Assembly (NCBI RefSeq): GCF_022045235.1
Contig: NW_027266330.1
Coordinates: 16,244,001 to 16,308,000, forward strand
Source: Haliotis cracherodii
Taxonomy: Eukaryota
DNA length: 64,000 nt
Direction of reading: 5' to 3'
The position numbers and the translations under genes were made by a program. Of the stretch, positions 1 to 11,700 are shown piece after piece. A model generated the notes under the pieces. The model did not search any database. It was not told the DNA's origin and saw only the letters and a list, made by a program, of their open reading frames with translations. Position 1 is the stretch's first letter; each line of letters begins with the position of its first letter.

Positions 1-115
1 CACGTAGATGGCTTTACCTAGTTACCACTTATGCAGCCTGAATACTGCGTACTTAACTCCCACAACAGTTTTATCGACATATGTGCCGTCCAAGGTGAGT
101 TAACCCCAACTTACT

Positions 116-960
116 CATTCACCGTTAGGATTCACGCATTCACTGTTAGGATTCACGCATTCACCGTTAGGATTCACGCATTCACTGTTACTACTCAAGC
201 ATTCACCGTTAGGATTCACGCATTCACTGTTACTACTCAAGCATTCACCGTTAGGATTCACGCATTCACTGTTACTACTCAAGCATTCACCGTTAGGATT
301 CACACATTCACTGTTACTACCCAAGCATTCACCGTTAGGATTCACGCATTCACTGTTACTACTCAAGCATTCACCGTTAGGATTCACGCATTCACTGTTA
401 CTACTCAAGAATTCACCGTTAGGATTCACGCATTCACTGTTACTACTCAAGCTTTCACCGTTAGGATTCACGCATTCACTGTTAGGATTCACGCATTCAC
501 TGTTACTACCCAAGCATTCACTGTTAGGATTCACGCATTCACTGTTACTACCCAAGCATTCATCGTTAGGATTCACGCATTCACTGTTACTACTCAAGCA
601 TTCACTGTTAGGATTCACGCATTCACTGTTACTACCCAAGCATTCACCGTTAGGATTCACGCATTCACTGTTAGGATTCACGCATTCACTGTTAGTACTC
701 AAGCATTCACCGTTAGGATTCACGCATTCACTGTTAGGATTCACGCATTCACTGTTAGTACTCAAGCACACACCGTTAGGATTCACGCATTCACTGTTAG
801 TACTCGAGGATTCACCGTTAGGATTCACGCATTCACTGTTAGGATTCACGCATCCACCGTTAGGATTCACGCATTCACTGTTAGGATTCACGCATTCACT
901 GTTAGTACTCAAGCATTCGCCGTTAGGATTCACACATTCACTGTTAGAACACCATCACAC
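116..960. repeat. 21-bp minisatellite (GCATTCACCGTTAGGATTCAC / GCATTCACTGTTACTACTCAA, often alternating as a 42-bp higher-order unit)
   Basis: About 40 tandem 21-mers are directly visible. ORFs 31..1032(+) and 115..933(-) are read-throughs of a stop-free repeat whose unit is a multiple of 3. Confidence 0.95.
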
Positions 961-1176
961 ACTGTCAGAACTCACTCATTCACTGTTATAAGATCCTGGA
1001 TCTTCCTTCGGTCATACTGCTTCAAAATATAAGGTAAATATACGTTTTCCGGAAACCTATTTCAGGGCAATCAGCATGTTTAGCGAACCAAAATCCCTAC
1101 CCACCACCCCCTGAATACCAAATGGTCGGTACCTCAGAGTAACATTTAATGTTGTTAACCTTTAAGATAGACTCGC

Positions 1177-4100
1177 CTGTTTTGGACACCTCTGTATTAC
1201 TTTGCACCCTCAAGATGAGCCAACTTATGCACGGACAAAGCACTGCTCCATACGACAAAGCAACACGGGCGTTGTAAAGATGGCGTTTTTCTGTAAATGT
1301 AAACCAGTGAATATTTCGCGGAGCTCTTGGAGAAATATACACCTTAAACATCGTTCTCTTCTGACAACAAACGAGTGAGTGAGTGAGTGAGTGAGTTGGG
1401 TTTAACGCCGCTTTTAACAGTATTCCAGTTATATCACGGCGTGTCAGCTTAATGTGGGAGGAAAGCCCGAAGTGATGCAGGTCTAAGACGTTTACCACTT
1501 GGTGAAACCCACGAGCACGGGTATGGTGCTAACAAACCTAGAAACATAATCGGGGCGAACCTGGATTCGAACCCACAATCATAGGTTTCTGGCGTGTCCA
1601 GGGGACGCAAATCTGCACAGCGAATCGCGGCGCCTTAGACGACTGGGCCGACCGTGCCCCCTCAACTGAGAGTGAAATATATGTTGTGTAATGGGCGTCT
1701 CATAACCGAAACGTGATTTGGTAAACACTATCTAGTATCGCGGAAAGTTCACTTCGTCGTCCACGTTTCTGTTTTCTAAAACATTCCAAACGATCCTTGG
1801 GTTATCGGCAACGTTTCAGATCATTGGTGATATGATAAATCACAGATTTTGAGAGGTCATTATCAGTGATTCTAATTTGCCTTAAATGACTGATTATGTC
1901 AAAACAGAGAAAGTGCGCAGAATGCAAAACTGGATATACATGTTTCGTGTAAAACTACCAACAGACTCGACATCGGTATACTTTAGTATTGAATGTGTGG
2001 AATGTTAAATGGCGGGTTACTCGGGGGATAAACGACGTGTGTTGTGTACTAAATCGACGAAACAAAACAACTACCGGGCTTCCTGATGTACACCACAACG
2101 CTCCGTAGCACTGCATATGTTAAAAGGATGGAACTCTCTATTGCCGCAAATGCCACATATCCTTAAACAAAAAAAATATGAAAATCACATTGCATATTTA
2201 GCATGGAACTTAAAGATCCCCATATCAATATACAGTTACAATGGTGTATCAATACATCACAGCTACATTTAAGCGGTGAAAATGTTATGGATGCATCACA
2301 TTACTTCAACAATATGACCCCTGCACATTTAACGACACGATTTTACCGTTTGCTAGCGGATGACGTCCATAGTCATAACATAGAACGACCCAGTATACGA
2401 AGAATGCAATACTCCAAAGAAATGACACGCAGCTTCGTAATATCCGTATATCGGTCCTCTCTGGAAAGAATAGAAACAAATCTATGAAATCATGATGATC
2501 GCTTTTAAGTATAAAACCATGTGATATTTTTCTTTCAAATCTAAGGGGCGGTCGGATACCTAGTGGTTAAAGCGTTCGCTTGTGACGCCGAAGACCCGGG
2601 TTCGATTCCCGACATGGGTACAATGTGTGAAGCCCATTTCTAGTGCCCCCCGCCGTGATATTGCTGGAATATTGCTAAAAGCGGCGTAAAACCATACTCA
2701 CTCACTCACTCACTCACTCACTCACTCACTTTCAAATCTAAAATGATCATTTAAAGGTCGAAGACCTCGACAACTCATTATTACACGAAAGGAATTCTTT
2801 ATTCAAACTGTGCAACTGGCCAGCCTTAAAACGAGGTAATGATTATACACGAAGTTTCGTTCGGCTCGATTTGTCAGAATGTATTTACAGTTTGTTTAAC
2901 CCTTATGTGTTTTATAATTCACGAGATGACTTCAAATAATTCATTACAAGGCAACAATCGGGAATGAAAACATACCAGGTCGCCTAATCTTTTTCAATCC
3001 ATTAGGGAAGCGTGTCCAGACGAGCGGAATGATGATAAATTGGATGTATACAAACAGGATGCTGGTGAGAAACAGGTGGAAGCTGAATGTTCCTACAACA
3101 GAACCTCCTGATATATGTTACAGTCAATGTGTAAAATCAGTCAATTTGTAAAATGACTGAAATTTTCATTGAGGCAAGTTAAAAACGTCAAAATATATCA
3201 GTCATTTTACAATTATTTTCCCGTCAGATTCACTAAAAGTTATTGAGAAGTTCAAAGGGCTTAAAAGCATCACAGCATATTTTAGTAAAATCCGCGAGTA
3301 CGGATCTGGTGTTAACAAACATTATCAGGGAAAATCTTGATTTTGAACCCACGATTTGTGGCACAGCAGTTCTGCAGAGCGAGTTACAGCGACCAAGAGA
3401 ACTCCCTTAAATAATTAAGATTTTGAATATACAAAATATAAATCAACAATGGAAGTTCATGCTTTGTCATAAATAAACTAGTTTACCTTTTAAATCTAAC
3501 ACTTCACTATGCACAGTACCAACTTCCATATTTCCAAGAAAACAACGGAATTGCAGTTGACCTTCAACAGTGGGAAGATATGTAAGCTGGCTTGTCGTGT
3601 GATATGCACACGAAACAAGGCGAGGTTGTGATTCACTGACGCCATCTTTGATGCTAAGCCAGTGGATTTCATGTGTAGAATTCTTCATCTCCCACTGCCA
3701 GACATGTGCCTTGCTGCCTTCAACAGCTTCACAGTAGACCGTGATTGAAGTCAGGACCTGGTGTATATCATGTACTGGATCTTTTCTGATGGACGTTGTG
3801 GGCTCAACTGGAATGAACGGTTAAATGTCCAGTAGTTTGGTTTGTTGGTTTGTTGTTTTACGCCGCACTCAGCAATATTCCAGCTATATGACGGCGGTCT
3901 GTAAATAATCGAGTCTAGACCAGACAATCCTGTGATTGATATCATGAGAATCGATCCACGCAATTGGGATCGATGACATGCTTCAACCAAGTCAGCGAGC
4001 CTGACCACCCGATCCGGTTAGTCGCCTCGTACGACAAGCATAGTCGCCTTTTACGGCAAGCATGGGCTGCTGAAGACCTTTTCTATCCCGGATGTTCACG

Positions 4101-5361
4101 GGTCTACTGTGTTTGTGTATAAGCCCCGAAATATATGTATGTAAGTTATAGGTAACGTGTCAAAAGCAACTTACCATGAAACTCAATTGCTGGTGAATAC
4201 GGAAGGTTTAAATAAGAAGTATGTCGATAGTTTCTCTTCATCCCAAACACTTCACACTGAATCTTGGTCACTTCTGTACAATTTAATCTGATGGTGGCAG
4301 TAATGATATTTTCATCAATCTTGTAAACATTCTCAACTCGGACTGTAGTATTCGGGACAGCTGCGAGGATTCCGTCTTTACCCATGTGAACTATCTGAGA
4401 TCCATTGTACACAATACTCCGAGTGTACACCTGGTAAAACTGTCCTACGTGACTGCTTCCATTACACGTCACATTGGCAACAGTGCAGGTTGTGACACTG
4501 ACTTTTAAAACTGAAACATAAGCATTTAAGCAAATATACAGTTTTGGTTCGACAGCATTCGGATCATACAAATAATATAATGTTGTTTGTTGGTTTGTTT
4601 GTTGGTAAGGGCCGCATTGAGTAATATTCCAGCTATATGTAGGCGGTCTGTAAATAATCTGGACTTGACAATCCAGTGATTGATATCATGAGCATCAATC
4701 TACGCAATTTGGATGCGATGATATGCATCAGCGAAGTCAGTGAGTCTGACCACCCGATCCCGTTTGTCGCCTCTTACTGAAGATGAATCTGAAGTGAAAG
4801 AGTTTAGTTTTATCTGAGCAGTGTTTCAGTTGAATCGTGTCAGCTGAAGTCAAAGACCAAAGTATTGTCAGTTATGAGTTTGGTGATTGATAAACAAAAC
4901 CAGGGTTCAAAATCGGGACGAATCGAAAATTCGAGCCATGGGATTCAGATCCTGGAACGACTAAGGACTCAATTTGTTGGGCTACCTGCCCCCTCCAGCC
5001 CGAGGAAATTCCAGGTCAGAATACGTCCCGATCAACCTATGCTTGTCGTTAGAAGCGAGCAAATGGATCGAGTGGTCAGACTCGTCGACTTGGTTAACAG
5101 CGTGTCATCGTCCCCGAAGGTGTAGGTCGTTGTTCACAATATGAATCACTAGGTGTTCTGGTGAAGACTCGATTATTTACAGGCCGCCGAGTGCAGTCAG
5201 CTGAGTGCAGCGTTAAACAACAAACAAACAAACCCGCTCCCGAAAAACAAGTCGATAATTCAAGGTTACGATCTGTCTGTGAAAGATAAACAGCTGTTAT
5301 ACATACCTAATGTCATCATGACACAAGACAGCAATGCCTCCAGCTGAGTCTTGTATTTCAT
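1177..5361 (-). CDS. Gene A: 2xIg + multi-pass membrane protein (pentaspan family), 3' end missing from window
   Basis: Exons (minus): 5361-5307 signal MKYKTQLEALLSCVMMTL; 4510-4175 Ig1 (..CTVANVTC..RLNCTEVTKIQCEVFG..IEFH); 3807-3487 Ig2 (..ITVYCEA..VWQWEM..FRCFLG); 3092-2976 TM1 GTFSFHLFLTSILFVYIQFIIIPLVW..RRP; 2460-2347 TM2 ERTDIRILRSCVSFLWSIAFFVYWVVLCYD; 2161-2075 TM3 GYVAFAAIESSILLTYAVLRS; 1290-1177 TM4 EKRHLYNARVALSYGAVLCPCISWLILR. All introns phase 1 and exon-by-exon homologous to genes D and E. The TM5 exon was not found, so it presumably lies left of position 1. Confidence 0.88.
1373..1661 (-). mobile_element. SINE family 2 (tRNA-like head, ~290 bp, (ACTC)n tail)
   Basis: A-box/B-box-like head (GGTTCGAATCC) and TTCCTCCCAC core. 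Other copies at 6787-7040(-), 21714-21950(-), 26388-26666(-), 30216-30499(-), 46374-46653(+), 51177-51454(-), 53862-54105(-); partial copies at ~8395-8570 and ~14530-14668. Confidence 0.85.
2545..2730 (+). mobile_element. SINE family 1 (tRNA-derived, ~170 bp, (ACTC)n tail) with target-site duplication
   Basis: GGGGCGGTCGG..TAGTGGTTAAAGCG..GGTTCGATTCCC head; direct repeat CTTTCAAATCTAA on both flanks. Confidence 0.9.
3836..4104 (-). mobile_element. SINE-like family 3 (~260 bp, Nin/Deu-like core TGCTTGTCGTAAGAGGCGACTAA, (AAAC)n tail)
   Basis: Near-consensus copy; more than 15 copies in the window, including degraded ones at 4585-4780, 5030-5232, 27433-27663, 27833-28058, 28502-28650 and 31460-31659. 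Confidence 0.85.
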
Positions 5362-5727
5362 TGTCCGATCTGTGTTGTTGTAGTATGGCAATCTGTAGAT
5401 CAAATTGCTGACTAACGGTAAGTATCACAAGGTAAAGAACATCTGTTGCCAGTGTAAAATTGATATGTATGTCGCAATGTCAATTCTCTCCCATTCGCAC
5501 ATCAAATACTTGTAAACTAGGACACATCGACATCTATGAAATGTATACTCACTGTTACAGAGAGAGCTAACTTCACATTTTTACAACAAACTATCTATTT
5601 GCACAAGGCATACGCAGTCCCTTGCCAGTTGCATTGCAAGTCGGCGAGGCTATATTCAACAGGCGCGCACTACATGTTGGCCAGACCAGTATATCCTCCG
5701 CTGTAGGTGCACAGTATGGTGATCCCG

Positions 5728-6412
5728 TGTATCCGCGGTATGATTGAATTGTCAGTTATACCACTGTTCTTCTTCTTGTATCCGCGGTACGATTGAATTG
5801 TCAGTTATGCCACCTCGCTCCTTCTTGTATCCGCGGTACGATTGAATTGTCAGTTATGCCACTTCGATCCTTCTTGTATCCGCGGTACGATTGAATTGTC
5901 AGTTATACCACTGTGCCCCTTCTTGTATCCGCGGTACGATTGAATTGTCAGTTATGCCACCTCGCTCCTTCTTGTATCCGCGGTACGATTGAATTGTCAG
6001 TTATACCACTGTGCCCCTTCTTGTATCCGCGGTACGATTGAATTGTCAGTTATACCACTGTGCCCTTCTTGTATCCGCGGTACGATTGAATTGTCAGTTA
6101 TACCACTGTGCCCTTCTTGTATCCGCGGTACGATTGAATTGTCAGTTATACCACTGTGCCCCTTCTTGTATCCGCGGTACGATTGAATTGTCAGTTATAC
6201 CACTGTGCCCTTCTTGTATCCGCGGTACGATTGAATTGTCAGTTATACCACTGTGCCCTTCTTGTATCCGCGGTACGATTGAATTGTCAGTTATACCACT
6301 GTGCCCTTCTTGTATCCGCGGTACGATTGAATTGTCAGTTATACCACTGTTCTTCTTCTTGTATCCGCGGTACGATTGAATTGTCAGTTATACCACTGTG
6401 TTCCTTCTTCTT
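5728..6412. repeat. 48-49 bp minisatellite (~14 copies; TTCTTGTATCCGCGGTACGATTGAATTGTCAGTTATACCACTGTGCCC)
   Basis: Near-identical tandem units are directly visible. They explain ORFs 5989..6476. Confidence 0.95.
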
Positions 6413-6457
6413 CAGGTTTCACGTGTTACTCTCAGCTTCCTATCGTACGTCTGATCA

Positions 6458-6720
6458 GACCGCCACCGTGGTCTAGTCGTAGAGCCGCCCGGGAGCGGAA
6501 GGTCGGTGATCGATCTACGGTCGCGTCATACTAAAAGACATTAAAAGCTGGTACCTGTTGTTACCTTGCCTGGCTCCCAGGATTAAGTGGATGAAAGAAG
6601 GAGTGTTCGGCTCAGTATCTGTATTTTGTATCTTAGTACGGTATTCATGTTAACACCGAGGCATGGCATCACACACACGCGTCGCTAATATAAAAGCAAT
6701 CATCATGAACGCGATGTTAA
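6458..6720 (+). mobile_element. SINE family 4 (tRNA head + Meta-domain-like core), degraded
   Basis: GACCGCC.CCGTGGTCTAGT head and GTCATAC.AAAAGAC.TTAAAA..TGGTAC core, homologous to 13826-14185. Confidence 0.7.
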
Positions 6721-6786
6721 TAAAAGCGACAAAACCATTTCCATATTCAAATAGAAATATCCAATATACGATTCCGTCTTTATCAT

Positions 6787-7040
6787 GAGTGAGTGAGTGA
6801 GTTGGGTTTAACGCCGCTTTAAACAGTATTCCAGTTATATCACGGCGAGTCAGCTTTATGTGGGAGGATAGCCCGAAGATATGCAGGTCTCAGACCGTTA
6901 TCACTTCGGTGAGACCCACGAGCACGGGTATGGTGCTGACAAACCTAGAAACATTATCGGGGTGAACCGGGATTCGAACCCACGATCATGGGTTTCTGGC
7001 GTGCTCAAGGGACGCAACTCTGCACAGCGAATCGCGGCGT
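6787..7040 (-). mobile_element. SINE family 2 copy
   Basis: High identity to 1373-1661. Confidence 0.85.
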
Positions 7041-7449
7041 CTTTATCATGATCATGTGTCAATGAATCACTATCAAATAGTGATGATACCAGGGCTTACC
7101 GAATAGGTGAATCCCCTTTCACCCCAGCTCAGTGTAATAAGGTGTGCCCATTTGAAGTGGAATTGTTGTGCAGTTGGGAGCCATGTACATTTTTAACTTG
7201 TACCGGACTTATCTCTCTGATGTTTCGACATGAAAATAATTTTACCCGAAAAAAATCCGAAAAGGGTATTTTTCAAGACATCCATTGGATACTTTCGTTA
7301 TTGTGAGAAGGAGAAATTACTTCTTTCCATAATTTTCTGGAACAAATTATCATTTTCCATGCAGCCCCCTCCCGGTGTCACCTGGCTCATTATGTGTCGT
7401 GGGTTGTTTTCCTTTAAGTGACCCTGTCCTTAATTTCACTCCTTGTTAC

Positions 7450-7617
7450 GGGGCGTTCGGGTAGCCAAGTGGTTAAAGCGTTCGCTCGTCACGCCGAGGA
7501 CCCGGGTTCGATTCCCGACATGGGAACAATGTGTGAAGCCCTTTTCTGGTGTCCCCCGCCATGATATTGCTGGAATATTGCTAAGAGCGGCGTAAAACCA
7601 TTCTGACTCACTCACTC
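7450..7617 (+). mobile_element. SINE family 1 copy
   Basis: High identity to 2545-2730. Confidence 0.88.
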
Positions 7618-7980
7618 TTTCTTACGATAACGCGGCTTTATTGCTGAAAGAAATAACTTGAGGGTTTTTACCTATACTTTCAGGGATATTCCAACAAAGG
7701 ACAGAGACGTGTTCCGGGTCTGTTGTTAAGCCACACAAGCCACACAATGCTATTTATTTACGTAGCGACACGCCACATACAGAACATGTTTCCCCACCAG
7801 TAACTTATTTGAATATTACTGGGAAAGAGGTGTAGTAGCTCGTCGTCAGAACGGTTTCGCTTTCAGTGATAGAAAACGCAACTGCGAGTGGGGAGACTTT
7901 GTCGACTATGAGCTTCCATACTTTGTGGATCAATTTAACCCTGACGCGGAGTGGAGGGGAAGGAGAAATACAGCTCTGAC

Positions 7981-8661
7981 ATGGATCTGACTTTCTTCCT
8001 CCTGTGTTCACTCCTATCATCAGTAACATGTAAGTATAACATTTAACATAGTACTCAGTGTGTTAGTTCCCTTCAATAGATTATGTTGTGTTTAATGGTT
8101 ACATTTCTGAGACAACAGATCCTACTTTCGGTTTGAACAATTGTTGGCGTATCTAGGTTAAATGTAAAATGTCCTAGCAAACGTGTAGGCCATGGCCTGA
8201 TGTCGGTTAATGTCGGGATAATGTCAGCCTGACCTAATGTATGCATGTCATACATGTGTACCTGTATTGGGGTCATGAGATTGTGATTATACAGCGTTGT
8301 GTACAGTTCTCTTATAACAAAGGGCCACGGGTAAACAAATCGTCTTATGCGCCGCCTTTCGCAGTGCAGACTGCGTCCTCCAGACGTTACAGAAACCGGA
8401 CTGGGTTCGAATCCCGGTTGCCCTGTTAACGTTCTTAGCTTTGTCAGAGCTAGAGCCGTGCTCGTGGGTTTCACCAAAGTGGTAAACGTCTGAGACCTGC
8501 ACCACTGCGGACTTTCCTCCCACATCAAACTGACACGCCGTGATGCAACATAATACTGTTCAAAGCGACGTTTTACTTTACTAACGGAATCGCAAATGTG
8601 TGTAGGTACCGTATTTCTTTTTAAACCTCTAATAAGCTTTCATATTTTCGCGTCATATACA

Positions 8662-8728
<67 letters not shown>

Positions 8729-11700
8729 GAAAGACAGAACTTAAATAAATATATATCCGCATGTATCTAAATGTTCACTGAGAGGAATCGAGCGGTTGTG
8801 TGGCTGCTTTATTTGTGAACGGTGAAGATTCATTCGTCTTTGTAATTTAAGTTCTGTCTTTCCGATATACTTTTCATTGCATCCACTACAAACAATCACA
8901 AGCCATATTTTGTTTTACAGCAAAGTTAGTGTTCTTTGTAACAAATGTCCTTCACCGTTCACAAATAAAGCAGCCACACAACCGCACGATTCCACTCAGT
9001 TAACATTTAGAAACATGTGGAAGCGGCATCTTTTTAGTTTTCCCGCTATATAAGCTAAATTTTGATCATGAACCTACATTGTTTCAAAAAGAGCAACATT
9101 TCATTCATAAATACGCGCATAGGTTAAATGTAAAGGCGAAAATTATTATGTATATAGTATACGCTTACAGTCTATTTGATCATCCGCATAGTTTGAGAGC
9201 AAAATATTTTATGTCTCAAGAAAATGATAAATTCAATATAAATGCATTCTGTCATTTCAGATTGTGCCATAGAGTTGACGGTTACCCCGGAGGCCATTAC
9301 GCTTGGAAATGATGCAAAGCTCGTTATCCGATGTAGCCTTAATTTGCGCTTGTCAAAAACTGACCAGGTGTATTCTGTTATGATGAAGAGAAGAAACACT
9401 GCACTCGTTGTTATATTTACAGACAGTACGACCAATGTGTATGATGAAACTTTGAAAAATGCCACAGTAAACTCATCCCTCTCAACATCGGATGCCTACG
9501 TACAGCTAACGTTTCCAACTGTCACGTGTAATGACAGGGGCAATTACTCCTGCAGTATGGCCGTCAGACAAAATCATAGAAGTCTGAAATTGGGTCCTGT
9601 TGAAGAATATCTGAAGATCACAGGTACATTGTCCATTCCTCTCTATTTCATACAGTTACTGGTAACCCAGTAACCAGCCTATGCAGAGCTGCGTCCCATA
9701 CAGGACAATATCCATTATACGAAGGTTCAAATTCCTGTTTTATCTTTATCATCACCGATAGGCTTACACACAATGTTGATTTGTCGCTTTCCTTGGCACG
9801 CAATGATATAATTTCAGTAGTTAAACCTTATTCCCTTTCTCGGTTTATCAGTTTCGGCTCCCTGCCAACAGTAAGGCACGCAGTTAGGGTCAGTTAGGGT
9901 CAGTAAAGGTCAGTAAAGGTCAGTTAGGTTCAGTTAGGGTCAGTTAAGGTCAGTTAGGGTCAGTTAGCGTCAGAGTCAGTTAGGGTCTGTTAGGGTCAGT
10001 TAGGGTTAGTTAGGGTCTGTTGGCCACGGAGTTATGTAATCTGAGATCTGTAATTCTTCTGACAGCTTGCCTTGGCCGTAACTGTAGCTCTGCGCAAAGA
10101 CAACAGTATAAATGGTACCAGTGCATGTATGTTTGTATTTATCACCTGCTTCAATGAAATATTGAAATAGCATGAAAGCCAATGGGAGAATGGCAACAGT
10201 TTGGTAACTTTTGTTGCATGAATGTAGTTAATTTGTCCCTGGTCGGGAGGTAGCCTGAAGAGCCACAGCTCGGCATCGGCTGGCATTAGCTGGCACGGTA
10301 ACACGGATGCCAGAATACTTTGCCCAAAGTCCTTGGTCGGGATGGGCCACAGTTACAGCCAAGGGTACTGGCAAGCAATACAGATGCCACATTATGTCGC
10401 GGCAAGATCAGTCAGGTCGCAACTGCTCATGTGTTAACTGGCTGCAAACTGAATGGTATTCGTACGTGTAACCTCTTTTATTTAGAAGTTTGAGTACTAA
10501 GTAAGGATAAGATATATGGATGAAAAACTTCTTTATTACAATTAGTAGAGACGTTTCGGTGTAGGTTCTTACCGTAGTCATTTTTCAAGCAATATGACTT
10601 GCTTGATAACGGTGTTAGAACCTACACCGAAACGTTCCTAATTGTATTAAAGAAGTTGTTCATCCATATATCTCATCCTTCCTTATTCTTATGCTGGTGT
10701 CCTTATGAAAGTAGTAGCGATACACAGAATAAATACATGACATTCAACGAATGTATCAATGATAAACTGCACGTTCATTTCAGGTGAATCTTGTCGGTTC
10801 ATCGACACATTCATTTACCCGATGAGTGCTTACAAGATTGGGGATATGGTGAGAATAACGTGTTTCATGCTGGTACAATATGCAACATCCGATTGGCATT
10901 GGTACTTGGCGAATAATGAAACAGTTTACAAATCGGAAGAAGGAGGATGCCAATTTGTTGCAGAGGGAGTAATGAACTGCTCAAGTCTTCTCGAATATGA
11001 AGTTTATATGAGTTCAACCGTTACTTGCCAACTGGGCAATGCGTACAGAACTGTCACAATTGATGTTGAAGATAATGTCGTCGAAGGTATACGTTTTATA
11101 TATTTTTTTAAAACAAAAGACCCGTGAAAATCCGGGGTAGAATAGGTCTTCAGCAACCCATGCTTGCCGTAAAAGGCGACTTTGCTTGTCGTAAGAGGCG
11201 ACTAACGTGATCGGGTGGTCAGGCTCGCTGACTTGGTTGATGCATGTCATCGTATCCCAATTGCGTGGGTCGATGCTCATGATATCAATCACTGGATTGT
11301 CTGGTCCAGACTCGATTATTTACAGACCGCCGTCATATAGCTGGAATATTGCTGAGTGCGGCGTTAAACAATCAACAATTTTAAACAAAAAAATGCATAT
11401 ATATAATTAGTCAAACCTTACTCTCGAAACACAATAACTTCGTTTTTTAAGTGTTAAAAAAATGAGTCTCGTCACCCAATTTTGTGTATTTACAAATTTT
11501 AGACACAGATTCAATGTCCATGAAACCGCAGCAGGTGGATCAAACACTCCCGTCTACACCAGGTGAGCAAATCTCGATTTATCGATAACCTGCTGGATGA
11601 ACTAATTTTTTTTGTATTAAGTATTCCTTCATTTAAGAAATTATGAATTATATACGTTCATCTAGAAATGCGATAATGAGTTAATGTCAGCCTTAAGATA

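Noticed and set aside
31-1032. 333-aa and 272-aa repetitive ORFs
   Set aside because: Artefacts of a 21-bp minisatellite that is open on both strands; no splice or domain context.
960-1110. Possible TM5 exon of gene A
   Set aside because: The phase-1 reading after the AG acceptor at ~1111 stops after four Gly codons and shows no similarity to the D/E TM5 exon.
2545-2615. tRNA genes (Asp-like heads in many copies)
   Set aside because: Each continues into a conserved SINE body and (ACTC)n tail, often with TSDs; these are SINE heads, not tRNAs.
5728-6412. CRISPR-like regular repeat array
   Set aside because: Units are contiguous with no unique spacers, there are no cas genes, and the context is eukaryotic.
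9880-10020. Interstitial telomere
   Set aside because: TTAGGG occurs inside a 10-bp unit (CAGTTAGGGT), not as (TTAGGG)n.
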